NCBI GenBank assembly: GCA_026026165.1
Contig: JAPEUD010000044.1
Span: forward strand, 124,001-188,000
Source: Sarea resinae
Lineage: Eukaryota
DNA length: 64,000 bases
Direction: 5' to 3'
Shown: positions 1-12,096 of the stretch, in pieces
Layout of the letters: the number at the start of each line of letters is the position of its first letter
Position numbering within the stretch: the first letter of the stretch is position 1
Program-made: the position numbers and the translations under genes
The notes under the pieces: model-generated
The model's database searches: none
Seen by the model: only the letters and a program-made list of their open reading frames with translations
What the model was told of the DNA's origin: nothing

Positions 1-445
1 TACACCTACCACACGATAGGTACTACGGTGTTATTGACTTGCTGGACGGACAGGATGCACACTCGAGACGGGTTCTGGCAATGTATAAAATAGCTGGACA
101 CCACAATGACTGCCCCTCTTGTAAGGACGTTGTCACCGTTCATTCTCATCTCAGGTCTCCAATGCTCGGGCACGATAGTCATGGCAGGCAGTCATTTCTC
201 CTGACTCGAACAGTAGAGGCACTCTTCTCTGGGCCCACGTGACATGAGGCCGCTTCCCCACGGCTTCGCCTAGGCTTGCCGCCCTCTGGATTACCTTACC
301 TTACCTCACCTTACTAGCCCGGCTGTATTCGTATATCACCATCAACAGACAGCCAGCTTGCCGTTCTTCAGCAGCCAGTCCACCTTCACGACCGCAGCTT
401 CTATACGTCTTGGTGATTGAGAAGCTTACAGTCCTCGATTTCGGC

Positions 446-1338
446 ATGGCGGAGGCAGATCTGGCGCCGAGGTTCGCGCCTTTCTTCGGCATGGTATGCT
501 TCAAACCCTCATTCTGTCAAGCTAAGTCGGACTGACCGTTCGTTCAGGGTGGGATAGCATTTGCCGTAAGCTTCTCTCTGTCCAACCTTCTACTCTGTTG
601 AAGCGCTCTGACATGGAACAGATGATATTCGGATGTATGTTCAAGCATACGACGAGAACGGGATGGGAAACATCTGACAATCGTTGATTACAGGCTATGG
701 CGCAGCATACGGAACCGCCAAGTCAGGCATAGGCATTGCTGGGATAGGGGCATTCAGGCCGGACCTGATCATGAAGGTAAATCCAAATCCACTTCGATGA
801 CTTTCCAATCACTGCCTCGAAAGATCTAACTAGCAGAATTTTAGTCTCTGATCCCCGTTGTCATGTCTGGTATCATTGCCGTCTATTCCCTTGTCATAGC
901 AGTCCTCATTGCTGGAGATATTTCACCACCACCAGGACAGAATTACAGTCTGTTCAAGTGAGTACCTATGCGATGACCATGGAGGCTGGACATAGCCGTT
1001 CCTTCAGGTGCTGAACTTTTGCTACAGTGGCTTTATGCACCTCGCATGCGGACTCTCTGTAGGACTCACAGGGCTTGCCGCTGGTTATGCCATTGGAGTA
1101 GTCGGAGATACAGTAAGTGTCAACAGTACTGACAAAGATATATGGCCTGACGTCTTTGCAGGGTGTGCGAGCGTACATGCAGCAATCTAGGATCTTTGTT
1201 GGTATGATATTGATCCTGATCTTTGGGGAAGTCTTGGGATTATACGGGTGAGGCTCATCCTTTGCTTTTTGAGGATCATTACTGACTTGTCATAGTCTCA
1301 TCGTTGCTCTCATTCTAAACACTAAAAGCCGCGGTTGA
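446..1338 (+). CDS. VMA11: V-type ATPase V0 proteolipid subunit c' (7 exons, including 18-nt and 13-nt micro-exons)
   Basis: Manual splicing gives [76 protein letters not shown]...[27 protein letters not shown]...[26 protein letters not shown]. The proton-binding Glu in the last helix is present and all introns are GT-AG. Confidence 0.95.
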
Positions 1339-2645
1339 GAATGGGCATTACTCGGTCACAAATGCTCTCAATCGTCCATTTCGCAAATCAGCTTCCTTCT
1401 GTATCATATCAGGTCGAATGTAGTTATGTCGTTGCGGTCTTTTCTGAAATTGGTCGTCAGCCCGATAAGGACTTGCCTCATGCGAAAATACTAAGCTGCC
1501 CAAATCCGTATAGCAGCGTTTCTAGGCATTGTTGAAGCAACGCCTACACACTGATTTTATAGTCATGTTTTGCCCACATGGCATCTCGCAAGTTTCCAAT
1601 TGGAATCTTGTGAAAGCGTCCAACGCCTAGCCATACGAGCCTAAGGTAACTCGGAAGGTACTCAAAAGAGCCCTCAAGTAGTCAGGACGCACCGACGATG
1701 GGGGAATGAAGCGATTGGGTTGATGGCGTGTATAATAATCATTGATTGCCGTTCTTTTCGCAATGTGAACACGATCCATAATTTTCGCTACTTATCTGAC
1801 TGTCATCGTCGGTCACATCGGTGGGTTACCTTGGCGGATGCAGTGAGATCTGAGAGCGCATCTCACGCGCGTTACGTGACATCCACCGATGGCAGATCGA
1901 TCCAATAAAGGCAGCTTTCGCTGCAAACACGAAATACCGGAAATACCTCTACCATTACTTGATCTCATTACCCCCAACTTCGTATCTCGGATATGTTGGT
2001 ACGTTATATGTATCTCGAACGAAAGAGTCAAAGCGCGGTAGTCGAGTAAGGTCGGCCGACGAAACATGTAAGCAATCATGCCTGTCTACCCCAGTCAATG
2101 GTCAGTCGCATTGCTGGGGCCCGTTTGCCCCTTTGCAGTGGTCAGACGGGAATGTCTTCGAGTCCTTGAGACCGTAGGCAGCCAGGTACGAAATGTAGTC
2201 TTTTCCTTTGGAGTCGCAGCATCTTGAGCGCTCTCTGAGATACGAATACATCCAGCCCGTATCTACAGTACACAGGTACCTTAGTAGGTACCGGCCCCCA
2301 CCCCACAGTGCGAAAACGTCATCTGCATCCCAGCCCACTACTCCGTAGGGTCCTACTAAACGCGGTTTTTCTAGGGTACTCGCCCGTGGTACTCGGGCAC
2401 TTTCTTTGCTTGTGCAAAGCCTCCTCGAGGCCTTTCCCTTACCTGCCCTCCAACCACTCCACTATCCACCATTCCTCCCGGTACGCCATCTTGCGGTTCA
2501 ATGTGATCGCGAACCAACTATCCAACCGCAGCTCTCACCACAGCGATTTCTCCTTCGACCATGGATTCACAATGATGACTCAATCTACCCTGGCTATATA
2601 CGGATATCGACGCAGAGAAATGATCGGTCCAACTAACGATCGATA

Positions 2646-4190
2646 ATGGCTACAGCGACAATCAAAAACCTTGCGCGGAGTGGTACGAACCACATCTTCA
2701 AGAGCAGTTCGCCCGAAAAGTCGCCACCTAACCTCGCCAGCGACCCTAGCTCGGAGAAGCTGGAAGAGAAGAAATTTTTGGCGCGATTTGATGGGGAGTC
2801 TGGACCGTTATCTCCGTCTGAAATCACTCAGCGGCCGTCGGACAAGAGACTTGGACATTCTTCGAGGTCATTGCGAGTCGAAGATTTCAGATTGCTGAAG
2901 ACAGTAGGAACGGGTAAACATCTGCGCCTTTCAATCGTCGTCTTGTCACCAGGGCTGATGATTTCTCGCAGGCACCTTTGCTAGGGTATGGCTAGTGCGA
3001 CTGGCCGATCCTCCAGAAGGCGGCGAGGACAAAGTCTTTGCCTTGAAGATTCTTCGGAAGGCTGATAGTATGTTCCTGTAAATCTGACTGGAGATGCCTC
3101 GAGGCGTGTTTCTAATTATTTGCATAGTAATACGTCTAAAACAAGTAGAACACGTTCGAAATGAACGGAACGTGTTGGCAGCGGTGGCCGGCCACCCTTT
3201 CATCACAACGCTCGTCACCAGTTTTTCAGACCAGGACTCACTCTATATGCTTGTACGGTTCAGCCCACATTTGTAGCGACAACGTACCCTGACATTGAGT
3301 AGCTTGAGTATTGCCCAGGCGGCGAAGTCTTCTCTTATCTACGAAAAGCGAGACGTTTCAACGAACCTACGTCACGTTTCTACGCCGCTGAGATTGTTTT
3401 GATACTGGAGTTTCTGCACAATAATATGCATGTGGCCTACAGGGATCTGAAGCCGGAAAATATCCTAATTGATTCAGAAGGCCATCTAAAATTGGTCGAC
3501 TTCGGTTTTGCAAAGAAACTTGACAATGGTGAGTGCAGTGCCGCTATTCGAAGGCTCGTTACTGACACTGACTGGCTCCGCAGTCGAAACATATACCTTA
3601 TGCGGGACACCAGAATACCTGGCTCCAGAAGTTATCCGAAACACAGGTACGCCGTGATTCGATTGGGTGCTGCAAAGTGCGTCCATACTGATTCGGCTAT
3701 AACGTAGGTCACAGTACGGCAGTCGACTGGTGGGCCCTGGGAATTTTGATATATGAATTTTTGGTTGGACAGCCACCATTCTGGGACAATAATCCTCTGA
3801 AGATCTACGAACAGTGAGGCTCAAGCAAGGCATGAAATTGCAGTGAACCGAAACTGACAACTCTAAAGAATCGTCGAGGGCAAAGTCCGCTATCCTTCAG
3901 GCATGTCTGAGGAGGCCCGTGATATCATCGGGGGTCTTTGCACGATCGACACGTCCAAGCGCTTGGGAAATATATCTGGAGGCGCCGAGCGAGTAAAGTC
4001 GCACCCATTCTTCAGAGGAATAGACTGGGATGCTCTGTATCATCGCAAGATGCAAGGGCCCATTATCCCGCATCTACGGGATGCCGCAGACACCTCGAAT
4101 TTTGACGACTATGACCCGGAACCGGAAGGTCGACCGAAGTACACGAGCGAGATGAAAAAGAAGTATGAAGAGGCGTTTCAAGATTTCTAA
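2646..4190 (+). CDS. pkaB: cAMP-dependent protein kinase catalytic subunit, class II (PkaB/PkaC2-like), 7 exons
   Basis: GTGTFARV glycine loop, [47 protein letters not shown] and the AGC C-terminal tail ending AFQDF*. Confidence 0.92.
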
Positions 4191-4551
4191 GCAAACGTGA
4201 GTAAATCATGCTATCTACGAGCGTCGGATGGGAAATGACTTGGCGCGTACGACTATCTGCCTTATGACTGCATATATTGAACGACTGGCGACGCTTTAGG
4301 ATATGGGTTACATTGGGCGTAGATATAGGATGGATGGAATGTGTCGAGTTGATGCGAGTATCAGAGAGATCAGGATCATAGAATCTTCTACGCATTTAGC
4401 GTGACTTGGATAGTTCTCTCTGCATATGTTTCGCGACCGCTGAGAGGCAATGATGCCCTTCACAAGTATCATCGTTCAAGTCGTGATTGTTCATATTGCC
4501 ATTACATAACAGTTCGATCCGAAGACGTTTAATCAATCACTACCGATGGAG

Positions 4552-4557
4552 CCTCGG
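4552..4557 (+). promoter_or_regulatory. CCTCGG, candidate FarA/FarB fatty-acid-induction site
   Basis: Exact hexamer about 290 nt upstream of the acyl-CoA synthetase start. It is short, so a chance match is possible. Confidence 0.3.
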
Positions 4558-4836
4558 ACCCCTTCTGGATGAAGTACTCGGTGTAGAGTACTCGTACCTA
4601 ACCGGGGCATTGATCAGAGAGTGGATTGCCCATTTCACTGTTTACCGACCCCGCATTATTGCCCCAGAACCCCACAGAGCCACAGCACTTGGCTGATCGG
4701 CGGGGACGAACAGTCCAAAAGACTGAATATCAATCTATGCATTACTACACGTTCCCCCCTTCTTGTCAAATGCTTTTCCCGTATGATGTTGGACCTCCAT
4801 GCGCTTTTGCTCTCTAGATATCATTGCTGAAAATAT

Positions 4837-7359
4837 ATGCAATACACATGTCTCCGACCAAGCCAGACCATGCGACGGACTCTCTTGTGCAGGAACGCAA
4901 GAAGAGCAGCAGCTGTGCCTGTTCGGATCCCTTGTCGGGGATTCTTGACACAGTCTCGTAGCCGGGGCCCACCAGAGGTCGGTACAACGTCATGCGAATC
5001 CATTGGACCACGAACTGAATGCCTTGTACTGACGGCAAACAATATAGCCTCCGCTACTTGACCAGACGATAGGAGCGCATTTTGCTTCTATTGTCTCACA
5101 ACACGGAGACCGTCTAGCGTGCGTCAACTGATTCTTTCATATTCCGTTGTCGCCCTATCAGAACACTGAAAGTCGAGATAGTGTCGTGTCGAGGCATCAG
5201 AGCCAACGCCTCACTTATGATGGCTTGGACCAGAAGAGCAGTGCTTTAGCTTATGGTCTGCTAAAGTCAGGCGTCCAGAAGGGCGATCGCGTTGCTGTGT
5301 CATTGGGCAACAATATTGAATATGCCACTGTACGAGATTTTGCCTTGAGGATACTAGGTTTTGATATTGACATTGATAGCTCACCTACGCGCTCTTCAAG
5401 CTTGGCGCAGTATTGGTTAGTGTTTAAAAAATTCGGAGGGAAGAAATTAGGGCTAATGAGCGTCAGGTGCCTTTAAACCCAGGGTTCAATGCCGCCCAAG
5501 TCACTGCAGCCTTGAACCACCTCGGCGTCTCTCATCTTGTCATCGGCGCAGAAACGCGTCTACCCAGGAAAGAACCTCGCTCAAATTTGACTTTATTGAA
5601 ACAGCTAGTACCAGACTCGGAAGGTCATAAAGTTCGATCCGAAATCGTGCCCTCTCTCAAACATGTTATCATGGTAGATAACTCCGCAGGACGTTTGTCC
5701 ACCAGCTCAGTGCGGTTTGCAGATCCCTATGTGGATGTGCTGGCTGAGGGAGAAGGGATGAGACCCCTGGAAGATCAGGGACTGCACCCAGATGAAGTGG
5801 TCAACATTCAATTTACTTCTGGAACGACATCGCACCCCAAGGCTGCATGTCTGACCCACCGGTCAATATTGAACAACGGGAAGAGTATAGGAGATAGGAT
5901 GCTTTTGACAGAGAAGGATATTGTCTGCTGTCCACCACCGTTATTTCAGTCAGTCTCCGACCCTTGATGCTTGAACGACCTACTGATCATCATCCAGCTG
6001 TTTTGGCTGTATTCTTGGGTACATGGCCACAGCCACACATGGTAAAGTAAAATACGACTCGGACTTTCCAACGGCGAAGAAACTAACCGCAATAAAAAAT
6101 AGGCTCAGCAATCGTTTTCCCCCAAGAATCCTTTGAACCAGAAGCTACTCTTCGCGCTGTCCAGGAAGAGAAATGCACAGCCCTCTATGGCGTCCCCACA
6201 ATGTTCGTCGCGGAACTCGAACTCCTCGCGCACAAACACATCTCGCACACGGGCTTCGAACACCTCCGGACGGGCATCGCGGCCGGCTCCAGCATCCCCG
6301 CCGCTCTAATGTCAAAACTGCATAAAACCCTGAATCTGACGGGTTTGACGATCTGTTATGGCCAAACGGAGACCAGTCCCGTGTCCGCCATGACGACGAC
6401 GGATGATCCGCTCGAGAAGAGGCTAGATAGTGTGGGCCGCTTGCTTCCACATGTCGAGGCCAAGGTTGTTGATCCGGCTGACAAGACGCGGATCGTGCCA
6501 GTGGGCGAGAGGGGCGAGCTGGCTGTCAGTGGGTATTCCGTCATGAAGGAGTATTGGGGCGCGCCCAACAAGACGGCCGAGGCACTGATCCCCGATGACG
6601 AGGGCAAAGTCTGGATGCATGTACGTCCCGATGAATACTCCCCTTTTTCAATCTCTCCCTTCGCGCCCAACCTTTTCCTCTGTTTTCATTTTCTTCCACA
6701 CCACATCTATCCCTTTGAACAGACCATGCGCACTTCCGATTGACTCTGAAATGCCATACATATACAGTCCGGCGACGAAGCCCAGATGTCATCCGATGGT
6801 TATATCAAGATCACTGGACGAATCAAAGACCTGATCATCCGAGGCGGCGAGAACATCCACCCGCTCGAAGTCGAAAACTGCCTCCTCACGCACCCGGCCG
6901 TGGCGGATGCCAGTGTGGTCGGGCTCCCAGACGAGCGGTACGGCGAGGTCGTTGCCGCATTCATCATCCCCCACGAAAGAGACGACGAGGCAACGGAGAA
7001 GGAGGCAGAGGAGACGAAGATGGATGCGGAAGATGTTCAGGAGTGGGTGAGAAAGCAATTGAGTAATCATCTTGGTAGGCCCAGGCCCTTGCCCTTATCC
7101 TTGTCCTTGTCCCTGTCCCTGTCCTCCCGACCCCACAAGAATCGGCCTGAAATGGCCTTTTTTTCCCCTTCTTTCAAGACGTACCCACGACGAGCTGTGC
7201 GGCTTACCCTTCGTCGTTACCATAGTGCCGAAATACGTCTTCACAGTCCCCTCGTATCCCAAGACCGCCAGCGGCAAGATCCAGAAGTTCAAGCTCAAGG
7301 AAGAAGGGATGATCTTGCTACGGGAGGGTAGAGGCCATAGTGACGGCCAGGCTTGGTGA
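4837..7359 (+). CDS. AMP-binding acyl-CoA synthetase (ACSF2/FadD-like) with probable mitochondrial presequence; multi-exon, start 4837 or 4870
   Basis: [13 protein letters not shown]-loop, [39 protein letters not shown] and [10 protein letters not shown] motifs. The N-terminus is Arg-rich and free of acidic residues. Confidence 0.92.
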
Positions 7360-7545
7360 AGGAAGGCAGGGAGAGACGTGCATGATTTGAATTGAAAATG
7401 CACGTCATAGATGAGGATCGGTGCATGACTTGTGGTTAAGCGTGCACAGTCGAGTCACAGCTCGAAGTTGAGATGCGAGAAAAAGGGGGGCCAAGAAGGC
7501 ATTGGATTCTATATCTCTCAACCACATGATTTACCACCTCCATCA

Positions 7546-7759
7546 TACCTACCTACCTACCTACCTACACAATAAAGACCCTCGTAGGCTTAGCAATTTG
7601 TCAGCCAAGCAACAACAACAATACCAGTTGACAGCAGCGGCAAGGGCAAAAGAAAACAGCAACGTGATATATCCATATGGCTCTATTACACTAAGCTACC
7701 ACATTCTCAGCAGCCTAAGGTAGATAGATAGGTAGGTAGGGGTAGGTAGGTAGGTAGGT
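7546..7759. repeat. Opposed (CTAC)n and (GTAG)n tracts forming an inverted repeat
   Basis: TACCTACC... at 7546-7568 and GTAGGTAGG... at 7729-7759. Confidence 0.85.
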
Positions 7760-8038
7760 TAGTAGATAAGGCGTTCTACGTACGATCAGAGGATGAAACC
7801 TACGTCATCCTGCAAACACCATTCGACGGACGTCTCTCCTTGCCATCACATCGGACCGTCTTCGGTCCTCCTTCCGCGTCCGCGTCTGCTTTCCTTCCCC
7901 AAGAAATCCCTGTTCCCCCCTCTGCCTGTCCCAGTTGTTACAGTAGTGAATCAACGACAGCTTCTAGATGAGAAGAATCGGATCAGATATCCCTCCTACC
8001 TGGGTTCCCTGCAACTATAAACAGAACGTCGAGGAATC

Positions 8039-8081
<43 letters not shown>
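8039..8081 (+). repeat. (GA)n microsatellite
   Basis: About 21 GA units with one interruption. Confidence 0.95.
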
Positions 8082-8082
<1 letters not shown>

Positions 8083-8904
8083 AGAGGGAGAAGGGCGGGT
8101 GATGGTGTGTATAGATAGAGACCAAGGGTCTATTTGGCAGCTAGAAACAGGACCTACGAAGTCGGCAAGGGAGGTCGGTCTTGGGAAGAACGTAGTCTGG
8201 CATGGCGTGCAAGGGGAGAATCTACCATTGGAATCGTCGATCCAGGCCTTACAGTACTAGTACGGCTGCGCATCTGGATCGTCGTTTATGGTGTACCTAG
8301 CCGGGTAGGGAGTTTGGAAATGGTGGAGGGGGTGTTTTGGTGGGCTGCATTTTGATACACTACCTCAGGTATCATCAGACGCAATGCGGAGATTCACAAC
8401 GGTACGAAACCCAAAAAGGAGTAATATTTCATCTCGTCCTTTTTGGTCCCTTCCCTGTCTTCTTCGAGCAGTCAGACACGGGACTTCTGACTATAAACCA
8501 CCTTCCGCCCAAATCTACTACCGAGAGCTTTCAATCTCGATGCTAGCCCAACCATTCAATATCGTCAGGTATGGTACATTCTCCTCCACCAACCCTAGCC
8601 ATGATCAGACGAAAGGAAGGATAGAAACACAGACGCAAGGATCCGATGCGTGCAAGCGTGCGTACTTGAAAAAAGGCTTTGACCAGTCACATTAGACTAT
8701 GATCAATGTATGCAATTTCAGAGGCCGGTTTTCGCCGAAAACCCACGACTCGAGGCCATGACAAACGCCACCGTGCAAAGCAATAACAAAAAAAAAAGGA
8801 AAGGTCAAAAGATGGGCTAGACAGCGTGTTGGAGTGCGTCCTGAGAATGTAAAAATCCGGGACTGCAAAATTGGCAATGTTGTCGATACAAGCTCCGCAA
8901 TTCG

Positions 8905-11088
8905 TCACCAACCATCGCCCAGATCAAACGAGTATTTCGGCAGGCGGGATTTCGCCGGCGGGAGATGGTTATGCTTCTTGCGAACCTCGAGCTTCGAAGC
9001 CTCCTTGCAGCCCTGAGGACCAGCGGCATCAACACGGTTCTCTGTTCTCTCATCATCCTCGAGCGAACAGCACTCAATGGTCTTAACCCATCGGTCGTTG
9101 ACGGCTTCTTGAATGCTGATACGCTTTTCTGGGATCGGATGTAGCATCCGTAAAAGGAGGCGTCTAAGCGCTGGGATCTCGAGCATTTGGAAAAGTGGTC
9201 CACACTTAGGTTGACCACCTTGTTCTTCGGTGATGAGGCCGTCTGGGTGAGTGGGAAGCCACTTGTCCCACCCCTCAGCGAATGTTCGGTATAAGTGTTG
9301 ATCCCGCCTTGCTGCTGTCCAGGGGGAGCCGACGTAGGTCATTGTGAGAAAGACGATGGCGCAGGACCATACGTCTAATGGACGAGGGTCGTAGTCACCT
9401 GTCCTGGAAATTAGCTTGGTCACGTACAACTATAGGACTCTCTTACCATTCTTCTCAAGGACCTCGGGGGCGATGTACGGAAGACTACCGCATATTCCAG
9501 GGGCACAGCGTCGCACCTCTCCCATATTCTTCCCGCATTCACCCCCTGCAGCTCGGAGTCCCGGATGCTCCCCCGAAAAGACTTCGGATACACCAAAGTC
9601 GGTAATCTTGAGATGGCCCTGGCTCGTCAGGAGAAGGTTCTCCAGCTTGATGTCTCGGTGGGCGATACCGTGATTATGGAGATACGCCACGCCGCGGAGC
9701 AGTTGTTTGAACAGGCACAGCCGGTCTGCTAGTTGGAGATAGCGTTTCTCCACTAACGAATATAGCTCTCCTTGTGAGCAGTATTCCATGACGTGATTCC
9801 ATCGACCGTTCTGCGTGCATAATCGTATACTCTCGACGATGTTCGGATGATGCAGGCTCTTCGCGATGGTGTATTCCGACTTGACCTTCTTTACATAGTC
9901 ATCTTCATTCTCCTTTGATCCCCGTTTTCGGAACTCCTTGACCGCATAGATCTCGCCGGATGAGCCGCCTTTGCGAGTCATCAATTTGACCGTCGCGGTT
10001 GCTCCTTTGCCTATCAGCTTTCCTCGCTTGCCAGGAACCAGACTCGCACTTGTGAATTCCTTGCTCAATTCAATTGTATCGACCGTGAAATCGTCGGGTA
10101 GACTGGTACTCATGCGACGCGCCTTGAGGCCGGCTCCGGTGGCGGCATGCATCGAGATGAAGTTGTCCGGATGCTGAACCGGTACGCTGTTCATACTCGT
10201 AGATCGTTTCCGGGAGAACGGACGCTGCGGCCGTTGGCCATTGCCAAAGGTGATTCCCGTCTTGCCCCTCATCGCGCTGAGTCCCGTAGATGACCGAGAG
10301 TGCTTGCTGTGAAACGGCGGCGCTGCTGGAGGAGGTGGAGGAAGCTCTAGAGCAGTTTCGCTGACGGCTGTACTTGATGGCGAACTCGGCGATGGAGGGG
10401 AATTTGATTGAGAGCCATGTGGGGTATGACGGGCGGAATATAAACTAAACCTTTGAGCATGAGGAGTAGGGACCGGTGCAGATCCCTCCGCCTCAGGTGT
10501 CACAGCAGACGACGAAGACGTGGTCTCGCCAGTGATGACCTGAGGTCGATCATGGCTATGGGAACTTGATCGGCGAAAGAGAGATTTGATCCTTTTAGAT
10601 GCTGATCGATGGACAGGCTCTTTGGGGGGTTGCGACGACGGGGGAGCGGGACGCGCACTCTGAGCGTTCTCGGCGGTGCTTGGCAGATTGCTTTGAGTGC
10701 TTGGCACAGCTCTGGGGGCAGATGGGGCCGCTGCTGCGGTGGCAGTGACGACGGCCGGTTGTCCGCCCTGGACGGGCGATGCCAAGACGGGCGCATGAAT
10801 CCCGTCTATGTGTGTATAGGATTTGTTGTGCGGAAATGCATGGGGATGCAGATCACTTGTCGGCGTTATCGGTTCTACCGTTTCACTGCCCGTCTCGTCT
10901 TCATCTTCCTCCAAAATGGCGTCCTTGCAATCTATCGGTCGTGCATCTGGCGAAGAAGTCGACAGACGAGCATACCCATTGACCTCTGCCGTCGGTGAAG
11001 GAGCAGAGGACTGTGATGCTGCCGCTATGTGCGATGGCGAGCCGTTCGGGGCCTCTTTCGAGGGAGTGTGAGATCCTTGTGCCGGCAT
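8905..11088 (-). CDS. HAL/PTK2-family Ser/Thr protein kinase with long S/P-rich N-terminus; one intron at 9399-9446
   Basis: IGKGATATVK, YAVKEF, HRDIKLEN, DFGVSE, CGSLPYIAPE and DYDPRPLDVWS motifs. ATG at 11088 has A at -3. Confidence 0.93.
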
Positions 11089-12066
11089 TATTTTTGTCTG
11101 TGAACGTCGGTAATTTGTGCTTGCCGATCTCAGAGCGTTCAGCTCGCTGCGCACCGGGCTTGTCGGTTATCGCCAAGCCAAAACAATCTAGAGTGCCAAG
11201 ATCGATTGATTTGACTGTGACGGCTTGTGTTTGGTGCAGTTACTTGGCGATCCTGTGTATGGACGGGCCACGTTTATTGAGCTGAGCACGCAAAGGTAAT
11301 AAATGGAAGTGTGTGTGTGCGTGTGTGCAAAGTGCAGAGTGTCGTCGAATATGAATGAAAGCTCTCTTCGGCTTCCAGCGGTGGGTGCAGCGGATGTCTG
11401 CAGTGGGTACCGGGTACCTAAATGTGGATTGTGGGTGTCCGGAAAAACAATCTTGTCGACTTGCAGGATATCGATTTGCCGATGTGAGCGAAGAGAGTTC
11501 GCCGATGCGAATTAATGCGCGACTATGGGGGTGGACGACGTCTGGTAGTGTAATGCGGGATGTAGTGCACGAAGGTAAGGCGGCCCTAATGCAACTTAAG
11601 GGAATCGATTCGCACAGTCGCTAAATCCGAAGACCGCGAGCGAGGGAACTAGAGGCCAACGGCGAGAGATATCTGTGAAGATCTGGGACCAGCACCGAGA
11701 GACGGATGATGCCAAAAGTGCGAGAGGAAGAGAATGGATTGTCTGGACGGTGAGGGAGGAGGGGTTGGGATTGGGGACAAGGAGATAATCGATAAGTCGT
11801 GAATGGCCACAATTGGAAGTTGGAGCGTCAAGAGGGAATCGAGTGAAGATGAGCACGGAGGTGTCAAGTACCACACGATGGATGATCTACTCCGGAGTAG
11901 AGTCGAGTAGTACCTGGTTGGAGAGTAGGACCGAGGGACCGACTCAAGATGGTGTAGAGCAGAGTACGAAGTACGGAGGACTCTAACCTCGTATCGATAC
12001 CTGGAAGTACCCGAGGACCGCCGTGTGTAGGCCAGGTAGGCAGGTACTACTCGGTAGGTGATAGGT

Positions 12067-12096
12067 GAGGTGGGAGGTGGGAGGTGGGAGGTGGGA
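12067..12096 (+). repeat. (GAGGTGG)4 tandem repeat matching the G3N4G3N4G3N4G3 quadruplex pattern
   Basis: GGG runs at 12072, 12079, 12086 and 12093. Confidence 0.8.
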
